Virus record (IMG/VR): IMGVR_UViG_3300049790_000014
Location: 1-48,130 of that record
From: a virus
Lineage: Duplodnaviria > Caudoviricetes
Direction: 5' to 3' (one strand)
DNA length: 48,130 nucleotides
Part shown: positions 35,636 through 44,606 of the stretch, piece after piece
Numbering within the stretch: position 1 is the stretch's first letter
How the letters are laid out: every line of letters starts with the position of its first letter
Program-made: the position numbers and the translations under genes
The notes under the pieces: model-generated
Databases searched by the model: none
The model's input: only the letters and a program-made list of their open reading frames with translations
What the model was told of the DNA's origin: nothing

Positions 35636-36109
35636 CTATCGATTCGTGTGACACATAAAGCCCCGAACGTTCGAGGCATTGATGTTGATAATGAAATCGA
35701 GGCCGGCCGCAATATCGAACCAGCCTTGCGGATTGTAGTTCAAAATCAGAGGCCCATTTTGACCCGACAGGATTGCCGTGATGCCTCCAGCTACGAGCGA
35801 CATCGCCCCGCTGAGGCCATTGTTACCTGCCTTGAGTGTGAGGGCTAAAGATGCAGATGGTATACAAACTAACGAATGTACCTTACGAACGACCCCCGGC
35901 GTACCTGCTATGATAATATTGTCGCCGGTATTGCCCGCACTAATGACCGTATACTGGGGGTTTTGCGCTCCCATATCGACAACACAGGGCGCGAAGAGCG
36001 ACTTGCCTTGCCAAAACTGTCCTGTATCACAGAGTTTCTGAAGATACCTTCCGGCCGAGCCGTCCGCGAGGAGCGGACCTCGGGGATGCATATAAGCTGC
36101 GTCTGCCAT
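35636..36109 (-). CDS. Hypothetical/structural protein (MADAAYM...)
   Basis: ggagg SD; visibly lower GC than neighbours. Confidence 0.7.
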   Translation of the reverse strand: MADAAYMHPRGPLLADGSAGRYLQKLCDTGQFWQGKSLFAPCVVDMGAQNPQYTVISAGNTGDNIIIAGTPGVVRKVHSLVCIPSASLALTLKAGNNGLSGAMSLVAGGITAILSGQNGPLILNYNPQGWFDIAAGLDFIININASNVRGFMCHTNR

Positions 36110-36128
36110 TTTGAGCCTCCTCTGGGCT

Positions 36129-36169
36129 TCTCTCCCTCGGTACGCAATATACCGAACCCGAGGGAGAGA
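36129..36169. promoter_or_regulatory. 12-bp stem hairpin after the capsid/decoration genes (terminator or stabiliser)
   Basis: TCTCTCCCTCGG...CCGAGGGAGAGA; no U-tract. Confidence 0.55.
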
Positions 36170-36200
36170 TCGCTCTGAGTTGTCCGACCATCGGACCTCG

Positions 36201-36569
36201 TTAGGCGATGACGAGAGGCGTGCCCTCCGTATTCGCCACAACCGCAGTGAGCCACCAGTTGCCGTTCAGGAAGATGAACGAGCACGAGTCACCCGCTTCA
36301 ATGAGGGTGATGGTGGTGGAGGCAAGGCCTCCGAAGTTCGCCGGGGTGATGACCAGAGACCCGCCGTCCACCGCGTGGATGAAGGTCTTAACCTGGCCCT
36401 GCGCACCATCGGCGAGGGTGACAACCTGCGACGCGCCCGTCGATGTCCAGTAGGACACACGCGCGGTGAGCGAGGCAGCGCCGGCGCCAGACCGCTCCTC
36501 ATAGTCCCACTTGGTGGCACCCATGAGCTTGCAGTCTTTGAGCTGGCCGTCGTAGATATCCTGACGCAT
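36201..36569 (-). CDS. Probable capsid decoration protein (122 aa)
   Basis: Directly after the MCP; TLADGAQGQVKT motif; aggagg SD. Confidence 0.65.
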   Translation of the reverse strand: MRQDIYDGQLKDCKLMGATKWDYEERSGAGAASLTARVSYWTSTGASQVVTLADGAQGQVKTFIHAVDGGSLVITPANFGGLASTTITLIEAGDSCSFIFLNGNWWLTAVVANTEGTPLVIA

Positions 36570-36581
36570 TCTGGCCTCCTC

Positions 36582-37814
36582 TTACGTCGAGCTGATATTC
36601 TCGAGGTAGGCCATGGTGAGCCCGCCACGATCGACCATGATAGAGCATTCGGTCTGGTAGAACCCGCGCCGAACGTCTTCGTCATCGGTCTGGACGTCGT
36701 CCTTCGACTTAGTGTCGCGGTTCTTGAGCGGCACATAGCGGAAGCTGTCGAAGTCCATAATGAACATCGACTTCGTGTACTTGCCATGCTGGTTCAGCAG
36801 GGGATGGGTCTTGAGGAAGATCTTGCCCTGCGGGAGGTTGAACTGCATGAACTCGTAGCCGAACACCTTGACCGGACCGGCATAGTTGATGTCCGAGTTG
36901 GTGTCAGCGACGACGATCTTGTTGAACTCGTTCAGCGCTCCGTTGCCGCAGAACGCGATGCGCTCGTTACCGGCGCCCGTCTCGTAGTCGAACACGGGGT
37001 AGACCGCGTCGAGGAACGAGGTTGCCGTCATGGCCGTGCTAAACACGGTCGTGCGGCTAGTCGGGATGAACGTACGGAGGCCGCCCATGTAGCGCTTCGG
37101 CTTGCCGTTGTCGCCCGTGGTCTCGAACTTGCGGCCAAACATCATCGCCCATTCGATACCGCGCGAGTGGTCGAAGGTCTTGCGGCGCTTGTCGTTGCTC
37201 CATGCGGAGCCCGTGCGCAGCCGGATGTTGTCGGTCGTGCCCGAGATCTCATAAGTGTCCTTGAAGATCTGGGTATAGTTCGAGTACTTGATCGGGTTGC
37301 GGCTGGTCGCCGGGGGAGCCGGCGTGCCTTCGGCGTATGCCGAGCCCATGAGGGTCAGCCAGCTATCGTTTGCGATAGAGGCCGCAGTCGAACCTGCGAC
37401 GCCGCGACGGACCATGAACTGAGTCGTGCTGATAACCGCCGTAACCTCGACGAATTCGTTATCGTACGTCGCAGTGCCGGTTTTCTCGACCTGGAGCAGA
37501 TCGCCCGGCTTCAGATGGGTCGCGAGACCCCACTGGGCCGCAGGACTCGAGGAGTCCGGATCGGTCGTGTCAACGGTGAGGAGGGTGTCGGAGGAGCCGA
37601 ATGACCCGTTGATCTGGAGGCGGACGTTGCCGTTAGGCTCATCCCACCACGAGAACTCCGGGTCATCGACGATTTTCTTCTTGCCGCGCGAAGTGAGCGC
37701 GAAGATCGGGGCAGTACCTGCCGGGTCCCGGAAGAGGATCATCTCCCGGAAGTTCTTGGGACGCTCGTCAGTCCCGAAATCTCCGGTTGCGCGGAGACCT
37801 GCAACAGCAGCCAT
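36582..37814 (-). CDS. Major capsid protein (DUF5309/SU10-like)
   Basis: NYTQIFK..ISGT, IEWAMMFG, RYMGGL motifs; follows the scaffold gene. Confidence 0.9.
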   Translation of the reverse strand: MAAVAGLRATGDFGTDERPKNFREMILFRDPAGTAPIFALTSRGKKKIVDDPEFSWWDEPNGNVRLQINGSFGSSDTLLTVDTTDPDSSSPAAQWGLATHLKPGDLLQVEKTGTATYDNEFVEVTAVISTTQFMVRRGVAGSTAASIANDSWLTLMGSAYAEGTPAPPATSRNPIKYSNYTQIFKDTYEISGTTDNIRLRTGSAWSNDKRRKTFDHSRGIEWAMMFGRKFETTGDNGKPKRYMGGLRTFIPTSRTTVFSTAMTATSFLDAVYPVFDYETGAGNERIAFCGNGALNEFNKIVVADTNSDINYAGPVKVFGYEFMQFNLPQGKIFLKTHPLLNQHGKYTKSMFIMDFDSFRYVPLKNRDTKSKDDVQTDDEDVRRGFYQTECSIMVDRGGLTMAYLENISST

Positions 37815-37836
37815 TGTAGCGATTCCTCATAGGGAA

Positions 37837-38676
37837 TTACTCCTGTCCGCTACGCAAAGCCTCATTGATTGCAAACAAAGGATTGGTCTGTTGCTGTCCA
37901 CCCGACACAACTCGTGTGCGAGGTGCGCCCCCGCCGTTGGCGCCTGCAGGGACGTGGGGCTGACGCCTCACTCCGGTAGCACGCACGGGAGGAATCGTTA
38001 CTCCAAAGTACGCCGATGCGGTGCGCGCTAGGAGCGGGAGGAAATCGTCGACACTCGTCGTTGGGTTGTGCTGCCGGAGCGTTGTGACAAGACTTGCCAG
38101 CGCCGCTCGGTCAACGCTCTTCAACTGCGGGTAGTCGTTAAACAGCCTCTGCTCGGTATCGGCACCCTGACGGGAGAGCTGAACCAATCTTCCGACCATT
38201 GTGGGCAGCGTTGCTTGAAGCGCCCTCAAGGTCTGCGTTTGCGAAATCAGATGAGCTCTTGCGAGCAATCGGGGAACCATCGGTGCAACGTCCCCAAACG
38301 CTTCAGCTTCGTCCTTTGAGAGTGCAAAAGTGTTTTGCGCGTATTGCGTGATGATTGCTTCCGCGTTCTGTTGCACATAGGTCTCGAAATCCACAGCTGG
38401 CTGAGCCTGTGAGGGCTGCTGTGGCTGAGGCCCGGTCGCTTGAGGCGCCGGGGCTTGTGGTGCCGGCTGCTGTGTGCCGGCCTTGGTGACCGGTTGAGTC
38501 GCGGGAGTGGCAGACGGGGTAGCCGCTGGCGCCTCCGTGTCAACCGCATCGTCGGTTCCTGCAGACATATCCCCCAGATCGAAACTATCGTCATCGGGGG
38601 ACTCACCGCTGAGGTCGGTTACGACAGCGCTAAAGCCGCCATCGAGGTCCTCACCATCGCCGTCATTGATCAGCAT
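37837..38676 (-). CDS. Capsid scaffolding protein
   Basis: Acidic disordered N-terminus, Pro/Gln linker; between portal and MCP. Confidence 0.7.
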   Translation of the reverse strand: MLINDGDGEDLDGGFSAVVTDLSGESPDDDSFDLGDMSAGTDDAVDTEAPAATPSATPATQPVTKAGTQQPAPQAPAPQATGPQPQQPSQAQPAVDFETYVQQNAEAIITQYAQNTFALSKDEAEAFGDVAPMVPRLLARAHLISQTQTLRALQATLPTMVGRLVQLSRQGADTEQRLFNDYPQLKSVDRAALASLVTTLRQHNPTTSVDDFLPLLARTASAYFGVTIPPVRATGVRRQPHVPAGANGGGAPRTRVVSGGQQQTNPLFAINEALRSGQE

Positions 38677-39004
38677 TTAAGCTTTCTCCATCCTCTGTTT
38701 CGTCCTCTAAAATGACCCCGGCCGTTTGCAGATCGCTCTCCACATAGGCCACGAGGTTATCCGGAAGACTTGCGAGGATCAACATCGCGTTGGCTTCGCC
38801 TCGTTCGGCGGCCTGGACTAGAACCTCGGGGATATCAGTCGGAGCTTTCTGCCCGATAGCGATAAACCGTTGTTCGGCCTGGCTGCGTAAAACGGCCGCA
38901 GTATAAAGCCAACCCGGATGGTTAACAAGGCCTCGTAAGTCCTTCAAGATCTCTTTTCTACGAGCGACGGACTCCTCCGTCAGCTCCAAGTCGATATCAT
39001 CCAA
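38663..39004 (-). CDS. Small head-assembly-region protein (113 aa)
   Basis: LVNHPGW helical protein after the portal; aggag SD. Confidence 0.7.
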   Translation of the reverse strand: MDDIDLELTEESVARRKEILKDLRGLVNHPGWLYTAAVLRSQAEQRFIAIGQKAPTDIPEVLVQAAERGEANAMLILASLPDNLVAYVESDLQTAGVILEDETEDGESLNADQ

Positions 39005-40955
39005 CTCCTGTTCCTCCCACTTGCACCGGCCCCACGCCGTTCATCTGGCGCGCCATGTCAGGATCGGTCGGAGCTTTCAGCGGCACGATGTTGCCTTGCT
39101 GGGCCTGCTGCGCGAGCATGACCGGGTCCTGATAGTCGAGCCGGAAGTTGTTCACGTTGCGCAGGCCTCCGAGCTGAGCCACCCAGGCGAATATCCTCGC
39201 GACGTCGTACTGCGCCATGATCTCGGGGAAGCCCGCCATGCTGGTCATGAGGTCTTTCCACACATTGAGCTGCGCGAAGCGGTCGATCGGGAGGCTCCCG
39301 TCCACCATGAGGTAACCATAATGGCCCGCGATGTCCTCGGCGCTGTGAATCTCAATGAACCTCCGGCCGGCCTGGAGCGCTTGTGAGCCCACGATCTTCA
39401 GCTTTTTGTATCCGTCGTAGTACTGCTGCGCGTTGGCGACCGTGTGGCGCCCGAGCGAAGCCCAGCCCGCAGCGGACATGTACTCCGTGATCGTTTTGCC
39501 GCGCGAGGTTCCTGCAGCCATCTGGCCTCGAGACTCGGTTGCGGTGCGCCGTCCTCCTTGAGGAGCCGACCCCATAAGCAGGTCGCCGATGCCCGTGGCT
39601 TTCTCACCGAGACCTTGCATAAGCTGCATGTCGGAGACGTTGGTCCTCGTGACATCGTTAATCATAAGCTGTTCGACAGCCTTGTCCCCGCTAATGCTCG
39701 CCCCTGCACGACGCCGAATGATGCCGCCTGGCATCGGATCGGTGAGGTCCTTGATGTTAACCCGAAGCGGATCGACGAGGAACAGGTTGTTCAGGCTCGC
39801 CCGCACGTTGAACATGCGAGAGTTGAACAGCCAGTCCATCGTGTTGCCGATGCCGTCGGTGATCTCGGTGAGGCCGCGATTGGTGAGGGAGTGGGCGTCG
39901 AACTCCATCTCATTAACGGAGAACGGGTACTCGGCGTGATAAGCCCCGAACGGGGCCGCTCCGATAACGGTCTTCCAGTCGCCCGTAACCGTGAAGACCC
40001 ATTTGCAGGGGTAGGAGGTTTCGCCGAGGCCCCACTTGGAGGGGATGATATTGACAAACATCTCGTACACGGGCACGATGCCGGGAACGCGATTCTCCGT
40101 GTCCTCGGTGGAGTATTCGAGATTGAACAGGTCCTCGCTCGGGCGCTGGATCACGCGCGAGTTGCGGTCGCGGTCGGTGTCGGTCGGGAACGTCGGCACG
40201 ATGCGGGGATCGATAGCGTCGACGTTGGTGTAGTAGCCCTGGGCCTCACGCTCCTTGAGGAGCTGGTACGAGAGCCGCTGACGGGTGCCGAAGAACTCGC
40301 CCTTCTGCAGGTCCCGGAGCGCAACAGTTGGGTCGGGAATGACGTCGAAGGGGCTGACGTTGAAGACCTGGTTGCCCTCGTAGCCCATCACCTCCTCGAC
40401 CACCTGCTCGACGTCCACGATTTCGCCCGTTGTGGGATCGATCAAGGGCTCCATGTGGCACACGTGCCGCACGGTCTTGGTCCAGTAATCGCCGAGGATC
40501 CCGACGCCGTATTTTGGCGTGTCGTATATCCACGAGAATAGGGCAGGGCCCATGACCCCGACGTTGTACTGATAGTGGTATAGTGCCTCGAGCGCCATGA
40601 CCTGATTCTCGCCCTCGCCCTCATAGCCCTCGAACTGGAACACGGGGGAGCGCGAGAGGAACGCGGCAACGAAATAGCTGTGCAGCGCCATGACGACGCC
40701 ATACGCATACGGCACCCGAATGGTTGTGTACTTGGGATCGCCCTGGTTCTCGCGCTTGTTGCGGCGCCGGGCGTCCTCCGCGCTCTCGGGCACATAGGCG
40801 ACCATGGTTTCGTCGGCCTTGCGCCAAGTATTGCGCTTGTCCTCGTACTCCCGATCGCTCATCTTGACCCGCCAGCGGATCTCATTGATGATGCGCTTGG
40901 AGAGTTCCCCCTTCGGGTCCAAATCGCGACGTGTAATGTTAGGCATTATGGACAT
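38997..40955 (-). CDS. Portal protein
   Basis: 652 aa after terL; KYGVGI, VSPFDVIPDP, RTATE motifs. Confidence 0.9.
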   Translation of the reverse strand: MSIMPNITRRDLDPKGELSKRIINEIRWRVKMSDREYEDKRNTWRKADETMVAYVPESAEDARRRNKRENQGDPKYTTIRVPYAYGVVMALHSYFVAAFLSRSPVFQFEGYEGEGENQVMALEALYHYQYNVGVMGPALFSWIYDTPKYGVGILGDYWTKTVRHVCHMEPLIDPTTGEIVDVEQVVEEVMGYEGNQVFNVSPFDVIPDPTVALRDLQKGEFFGTRQRLSYQLLKEREAQGYYTNVDAIDPRIVPTFPTDTDRDRNSRVIQRPSEDLFNLEYSTEDTENRVPGIVPVYEMFVNIIPSKWGLGETSYPCKWVFTVTGDWKTVIGAAPFGAYHAEYPFSVNEMEFDAHSLTNRGLTEITDGIGNTMDWLFNSRMFNVRASLNNLFLVDPLRVNIKDLTDPMPGGIIRRRAGASISGDKAVEQLMINDVTRTNVSDMQLMQGLGEKATGIGDLLMGSAPQGGRRTATESRGQMAAGTSRGKTITEYMSAAGWASLGRHTVANAQQYYDGYKKLKIVGSQALQAGRRFIEIHSAEDIAGHYGYLMVDGSLPIDRFAQLNVWKDLMTSMAGFPEIMAQYDVARIFAWVAQLGGLRNVNNFRLDYQDPVMLAQQAQQGNIVPLKAPTDPDMARQMNGVGPVQVGGTGVG

Positions 40956-42436
40956 CCTCTATGAACATGCAACGGCTCATCGTCATCGTCACCGAGTTCG
41001 TCCCCGAGCTCTACGTCGATACAGCCGTCTATGGCGCTTGCGGTCGCGTCCAAGAGGTCGTCGTGAATGACTGCGGGGTAGTCGGTGAACTGAGTAATGA
41101 AATCGTGATGGCTCGGGCGAATATACAGGTGCCCGTGTGAGGCCGGACCGGAAATTGCATCGCTGATGCGATCGGTCTTGGCGCGTTTATCCCGCATTTC
41201 CTCTACGGGAACAAAGCGGCGCCGGGTTGCCATCTCCTTCGTAATCAGCCACTGGAGCGTTTTCTGATACGCCACAGTTTCGACCCGGATCTTCTTAGGC
41301 CTCCAGCGATAGATAAGCCGGAAGAGCTCTCCGATGGTCCAATCGGGCTGGTGCCCGCGATTGAGCGTATATTCTAGCAGGTAATAGTCGAGGTTCTTAT
41401 ATGCTATGACGCTGAGGCACTCGAAGTCTTTGCCTCGGAACTGCTTTGCGATTTGGGCCTCTGTTGGCGGAGGCACTGGGTCAATACCGATGACAACAAA
41501 CGCGCCACGGCACGCCTCCTCAACATCGTCATAAAATTTGAGCCACTCGCGCTTGAAGAAAGAGCTCTCAGGGGTGGTAAGCTTGCACTCTTTCTCGCGG
41601 GTGAACAGGCTGAGCTTGTTGCGGGCGATGGCTCCGATACGCTGGTCGCGCAGGTCGGCGCTGCTTTCGCGCTCGGGCCAGACGCTTTGTCGCTGGTCAA
41701 GGGGTAGGTTCTCCGTGTCTTTGGTCCAACACCCTTGCACCATGGACACCCACATGGGGTCCTTAAGCGCCTTCATGGAGGGGTCTTCGTGGTTGAAGGG
41801 TGTTTGCAGCATGACCATCTTGGCCTGCGGGTTCTCCGAGCGAGGCGCGAGAGAGTCGACGAGAGAGCCGAGGACTAGGTTCTCCGCCTTGTCACGCTGC
41901 TCCGCGCTAGCCGCGACTTCCTCGTCAATGATGTCATCGATGCCAATGAAATCAGGACGATAATCGTCAATGTTAATGCCGCGGTGCTTACCAGTGAGGC
42001 CGAAAGCAATAACCCATATTGAGATATCCAGGCGAGTGTGGATAATCTCGAGTGTGCCCTCGGTCCACTTATCGCCGAGTCGGAGGCCGTAGAAATCGCG
42101 CCAAAGCTCGTTGCGCTCGACCTGGCGCTTAATCCAGCCAACGGACTGCTCAGCCTTAGTCGCGCTAGCAGCGATGTATAGCATCGTGCGAGATATGCCA
42201 TAGGCGATCCTCTTACTCATGAACGAGCGCAGATTGGTGGTCTTGCCGCTGCCGCGATAGAGCTGCAAGTTAACAAAGCGGCTATTAACCGCTTCAAGCC
42301 TGTCCCACATTGAGTCGTAGAAGATAGGAAACGGGTCTCGATAGGCGCGGGACAGGAAGTGCTTGTTGTAGAAGCGATGGTCTACCGCGGCGAGGTCGTT
42401 AATCTGGGCTGGGGTGAGACCTGCCGCGGCTGACAT
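40946..42436 (-). CDS. terL: Terminase large subunit
   Basis: YRGSGKTT (Walker A), RPDFIGIDD (Walker B), VIGIDP and HDDLLDA (RNase H-like nuclease). Confidence 0.93.
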   Translation of the reverse strand: MSAAAGLTPAQINDLAAVDHRFYNKHFLSRAYRDPFPIFYDSMWDRLEAVNSRFVNLQLYRGSGKTTNLRSFMSKRIAYGISRTMLYIAASATKAEQSVGWIKRQVERNELWRDFYGLRLGDKWTEGTLEIIHTRLDISIWVIAFGLTGKHRGINIDDYRPDFIGIDDIIDEEVAASAEQRDKAENLVLGSLVDSLAPRSENPQAKMVMLQTPFNHEDPSMKALKDPMWVSMVQGCWTKDTENLPLDQRQSVWPERESSADLRDQRIGAIARNKLSLFTREKECKLTTPESSFFKREWLKFYDDVEEACRGAFVVIGIDPVPPPTEAQIAKQFRGKDFECLSVIAYKNLDYYLLEYTLNRGHQPDWTIGELFRLIYRWRPKKIRVETVAYQKTLQWLITKEMATRRRFVPVEEMRDKRAKTDRISDAISGPASHGHLYIRPSHHDFITQFTDYPAVIHDDLLDATASAIDGCIDVELGDELGDDDDEPLHVHRGCP

Positions 42437-42630
42437 TATGAGCGCTCCTTATAGTACTCGTTGATGGCCTCGGCGCGATTGCGAGCCATCCACTCTTTCT
42501 TGTAGCCGCCGCCGTCAACCGGCTGTTCGTCGCGCGTCAAGAGGGGCGTGCCCGTTGTTGGATTGAGCACTCGGAAGAGGGGCTGCCCCTTCTTCACTCC
42601 CATTTGACCGTGCGTTGCAAGTTGGGTCAT
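42436..42630 (-). CDS. Hypothetical protein (64 aa)
   Basis: ggagg SD; TAATG coupling to terL. Confidence 0.7.
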   Translation of the reverse strand: MTQLATHGQMGVKKGQPLFRVLNPTTGTPLLTRDEQPVDGGGYKKEWMARNRAEAINEYYKERS

Positions 42631-42739
42631 AGACTAACCTCCAGAGGGGACAGGACTCACGTTTCACTCGCGCTCGGTTCTGGTAGGCCTCGAGCTCATT
42701 AACCGCACTGATGAGGTGCGGGTTGCGAGGGATAGGCAT
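42515..42739 (-). CDS. Hypothetical protein (74 aa), overlapping the next gene
   Basis: TAATG-coupled start; 116-bp overlap downstream. Confidence 0.4.
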   Translation of the reverse strand: MPIPRNPHLISAVNELEAYQNRARVKRESCPLWRLVYDPTCNARSNGSEEGAAPLPSAQSNNGHAPLDARRTAG

Positions 42740-42879
42740 TACGGGTACAGCCCTCCGCCGGTCTTGGGCTTGGCGGGCTTGCCCGCTTTTGCGCCCGGCC
42801 CTGCAGCCTTGCCGCCCTTGCTGCTGTTGGAGGGCGAAGCTTTCGGCGGCTTCTTCGGAGGAATCGGAGGCTTAGGCAT
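42739..42879 (-). CDS. Small basic Lys/Pro/Gly/Ala peptide (46 aa, not in ORF track)
   Basis: MPKPPIPPKKPPKASPSNSSKGGKAAGPGAKAGKPAKPKTGGGLYP; aggag SD. Confidence 0.65.
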   Translation of the reverse strand: MPKPPIPPKKPPKASPSNSSKGGKAAGPGAKAGKPAKPKTGGGLYP

Positions 42880-42888
42880 AGAACTCTC

Positions 42889-43119
42889 CTAGTTCTGAGG
42901 TTTGGGCATGCACTGTTGTGCATAGAGGTCGTTGAGTTGAGCCACTTGCTTTTTCGTGCCTCCGCTATCCGACCGGCTCAACATGATCGGATAGTGAGGT
43001 TTCATCATCTCGCAGAAGCCCGCGCTGCCGACTAGGGGCTCCAGTCCCATAGGGCTCGCGCACGCGCTCAGCGAAGTCGCCGTAATCAAACACAGGACCT
43101 TTATCAGTCTCGGAACCAT
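42889..43119 (-). CDS. o-spanin (Rz1-like lipoprotein)
   Basis: Signal peptide with lipobox LSAC; overlaps the i-spanin gene. Confidence 0.75.
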   Translation of the reverse strand: MVPRLIKVLCLITATSLSACASPMGLEPLVGSAGFCEMMKPHYPIMLSRSDSGGTKKQVAQLNDLYAQQCMPKPQN

Positions 43120-43334
43120 CCTTGGGCCTCGATACGCTTGTCAACTTCTTCATCAGTCAGGGCTCCCCACTCTTTTTGGATACCGGCGGCAAGGGCAAGG
43201 GCCTTGGTCGTCGCGGCGAGGTTTGCGGCTGCAGCCCTACGCTCGCCCTCGTTGATCCAATGGTCCTGCTCACTCCACTCCATGAGCTTGGTGGCAAGGC
43301 GGACAATGGCGAGGACGAGGTTGAGCCAGGTCAT
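43104..43334 (-). CDS. i-spanin (Rz-like)
   Basis: N-terminal hydrophobic segment then helical region; precedes the lipoprotein. Confidence 0.65.
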   Translation of the reverse strand: MTWLNLVLAIVRLATKLMEWSEQDHWINEGERRAAAANLAATTKALALAAGIQKEWGALTDEEVDKRIEAQGWFRD

Positions 43335-43340
43335 TATGGG

Positions 43341-43523
43341 TTACCCCAAGATTGCGTCGATGACGGACTGATCCTTGGAGACCCGCTTGGGGTTCTCACA
43401 AGGCTCGAGAGCGGCCTCAGCTTTGAGGCCCTCTGCTCCGCATAGAGCACACTTGCCGATGAATGGGCCGCCCTTGGGGGAGGTTCTCACGACCACGTGG
43501 CAATCTTGGGGCTCGTTGGGCAT
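43341..43523 (-). CDS. Small Cys-containing protein (MPNEPQDCH...)
   Basis: RTSPKGGPFIGKCALCG; starts right after the upstream stop. Confidence 0.6.
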   Translation of the reverse strand: MPNEPQDCHVVVRTSPKGGPFIGKCALCGAEGLKAEAALEPCENPKRVSKDQSVIDAILG

Positions 43524-43524
43524 G

Positions 43525-43752
43525 CTATTCCCCGCCGCCGTGGTCATCGGGGCTACCGCCGTCCTCGTTGGTGTCCTCGCCGATCGTGCCTTCCTCGACG
43601 ATGATTGAGCGCGTTGCCGTCGCATGGAACTCGCGCGACTCGCCGGGCTGGAGCTGGGTCGGGTTGACGGTTTCGTTGCCCTCGTCGTCCTCGTCGACCG
43701 TGCTCACGATGACGGCTTGGCCGCCTGCAGTTACCTTAACGCTCGTTGTCAT
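43525..43752 (-). CDS. Hypothetical acidic protein (75 aa)
   Basis: ggagg SD, ATGA coupling. Confidence 0.7.
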   Translation of the reverse strand: MTTSVKVTAGGQAVIVSTVDEDDEGNETVNPTQLQPGESREFHATATRSIIVEEGTIGEDTNEDGGSPDDHGGGE

Positions 43753-44051
43753 TTCTTGACCTCCACTGTTCCTTCGGTTTTGTCGACCACGACCACCGTG
43801 GCCTCCGTGGGCTGCTTAGCCGCTACGATGTCGACCTTCTGTTCCGTGCGGCTCATACGGGAACCGAAGGCAAGAACGAGCGCAAGGGCGAGAACGCCAT
43901 TGGCTGTGTTGAGGGCCGGATCGGGCAGGCTCCAGCCGAATAGGTGGAGCGCTAGCCCGTTGAGGCCGTTGAGCAGCGCGAGCGTGAAGGCGGCAATTTC
44001 CGTCTTCCGCTGCTGCATGTCGGGGCCGAAGAGGTTATCAAGCCAGTTCAT
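43749..44051 (-). CDS. Probable holin (2 TM)
   Basis: Two hydrophobic helices and a charged tail, in the lysis cluster. Confidence 0.65.
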   Translation of the reverse strand: MNWLDNLFGPDMQQRKTEIAAFTLALLNGLNGLALHLFGWSLPDPALNTANGVLALALVLAFGSRMSRTEQKVDIVAAKQPTEATVVVVDKTEGTVEVKK

Positions 44052-44436
44052 AGCCGCGCTCCGAGAGGGAGTCCTTCGACACAGACTCGATAAGGCTCAT
44101 GAACGCGATGCGGAGGTGCGGAGCGACGCTGCCCCAGTCGCCGATGGAGCCCGCATTGCGGCAGTAGTCGAGGTACTTGCGCTCGCAGTAGTCCTCGAAC
44201 TCATTGTCGCCGCGAGAGAATGGGCGGTTGGTCCGGGTGGCGCGAGCCTTCGCCATGGCATCCTCGCTGAATGCCGGGGCCTCGGAGGCGGTAGGGGAGG
44301 CGCGGTCTGCCCGAGCGCCCTTGACCGGGACCGCGTCGCCGGTGGCGGGATTGGGCTCTTCCTTGGGCGTAGCCTCGACCGGCGCGACGTTCACTCGGCC
44401 GATTCCGGCGAGGGGATCTGATGGTTCGTTAGCCAT
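44038..44436 (-). CDS. Hypothetical protein (132 aa)
   Basis: gagga SD. Confidence 0.7.
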   Translation of the reverse strand: MANEPSDPLAGIGRVNVAPVEATPKEEPNPATGDAVPVKGARADRASPTASEAPAFSEDAMAKARATRTNRPFSRGDNEFEDYCERKYLDYCRNAGSIGDWGSVAPHLRIAFMSLIESVSKDSLSERGYELA

Positions 44437-44606
44437 TTGAGAGTGTCCTCTTCTGCTTTCGCTATGTGGTGAAGTGCCGTCTCGATGTTGGGGTGACGCC
44501 CGCGGAGGGTGATGTCACAGATATCTCCTAGACGGGTTCGGAGATCCTCAAATGCAGCGCGTATGGCGCCCTCGGCGAGGGGGAAGTCCGTATCACTCGG
44601 GCTCAC
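44391..44606 (-). CDS. Hypothetical protein (start uncertain)
   Basis: Fills the gap after the endolysin; helical DFPLAEGAIRAAFEDL. Confidence 0.5.
   Translation of the reverse strand: MSPSDTDFPLAEGAIRAAFEDLRTRLGDICDITLRGRHPNIETALHHIAKAEEDTLKWLTNHQIPSPESAE

Noticed and set aside
20238-37604. Long + strand ORFs (20238..21860, 22926..24203, 29126..31072, 36111..37604)
   Set aside because: These are antisense shadows of well-supported - strand genes, expected in GC-rich DNA, and have no motifs.
42705-42740. Hammerhead ribozyme (CTGATGAG)
   Set aside because: No matching GAAA core or stems, and it is antisense within a coding region.
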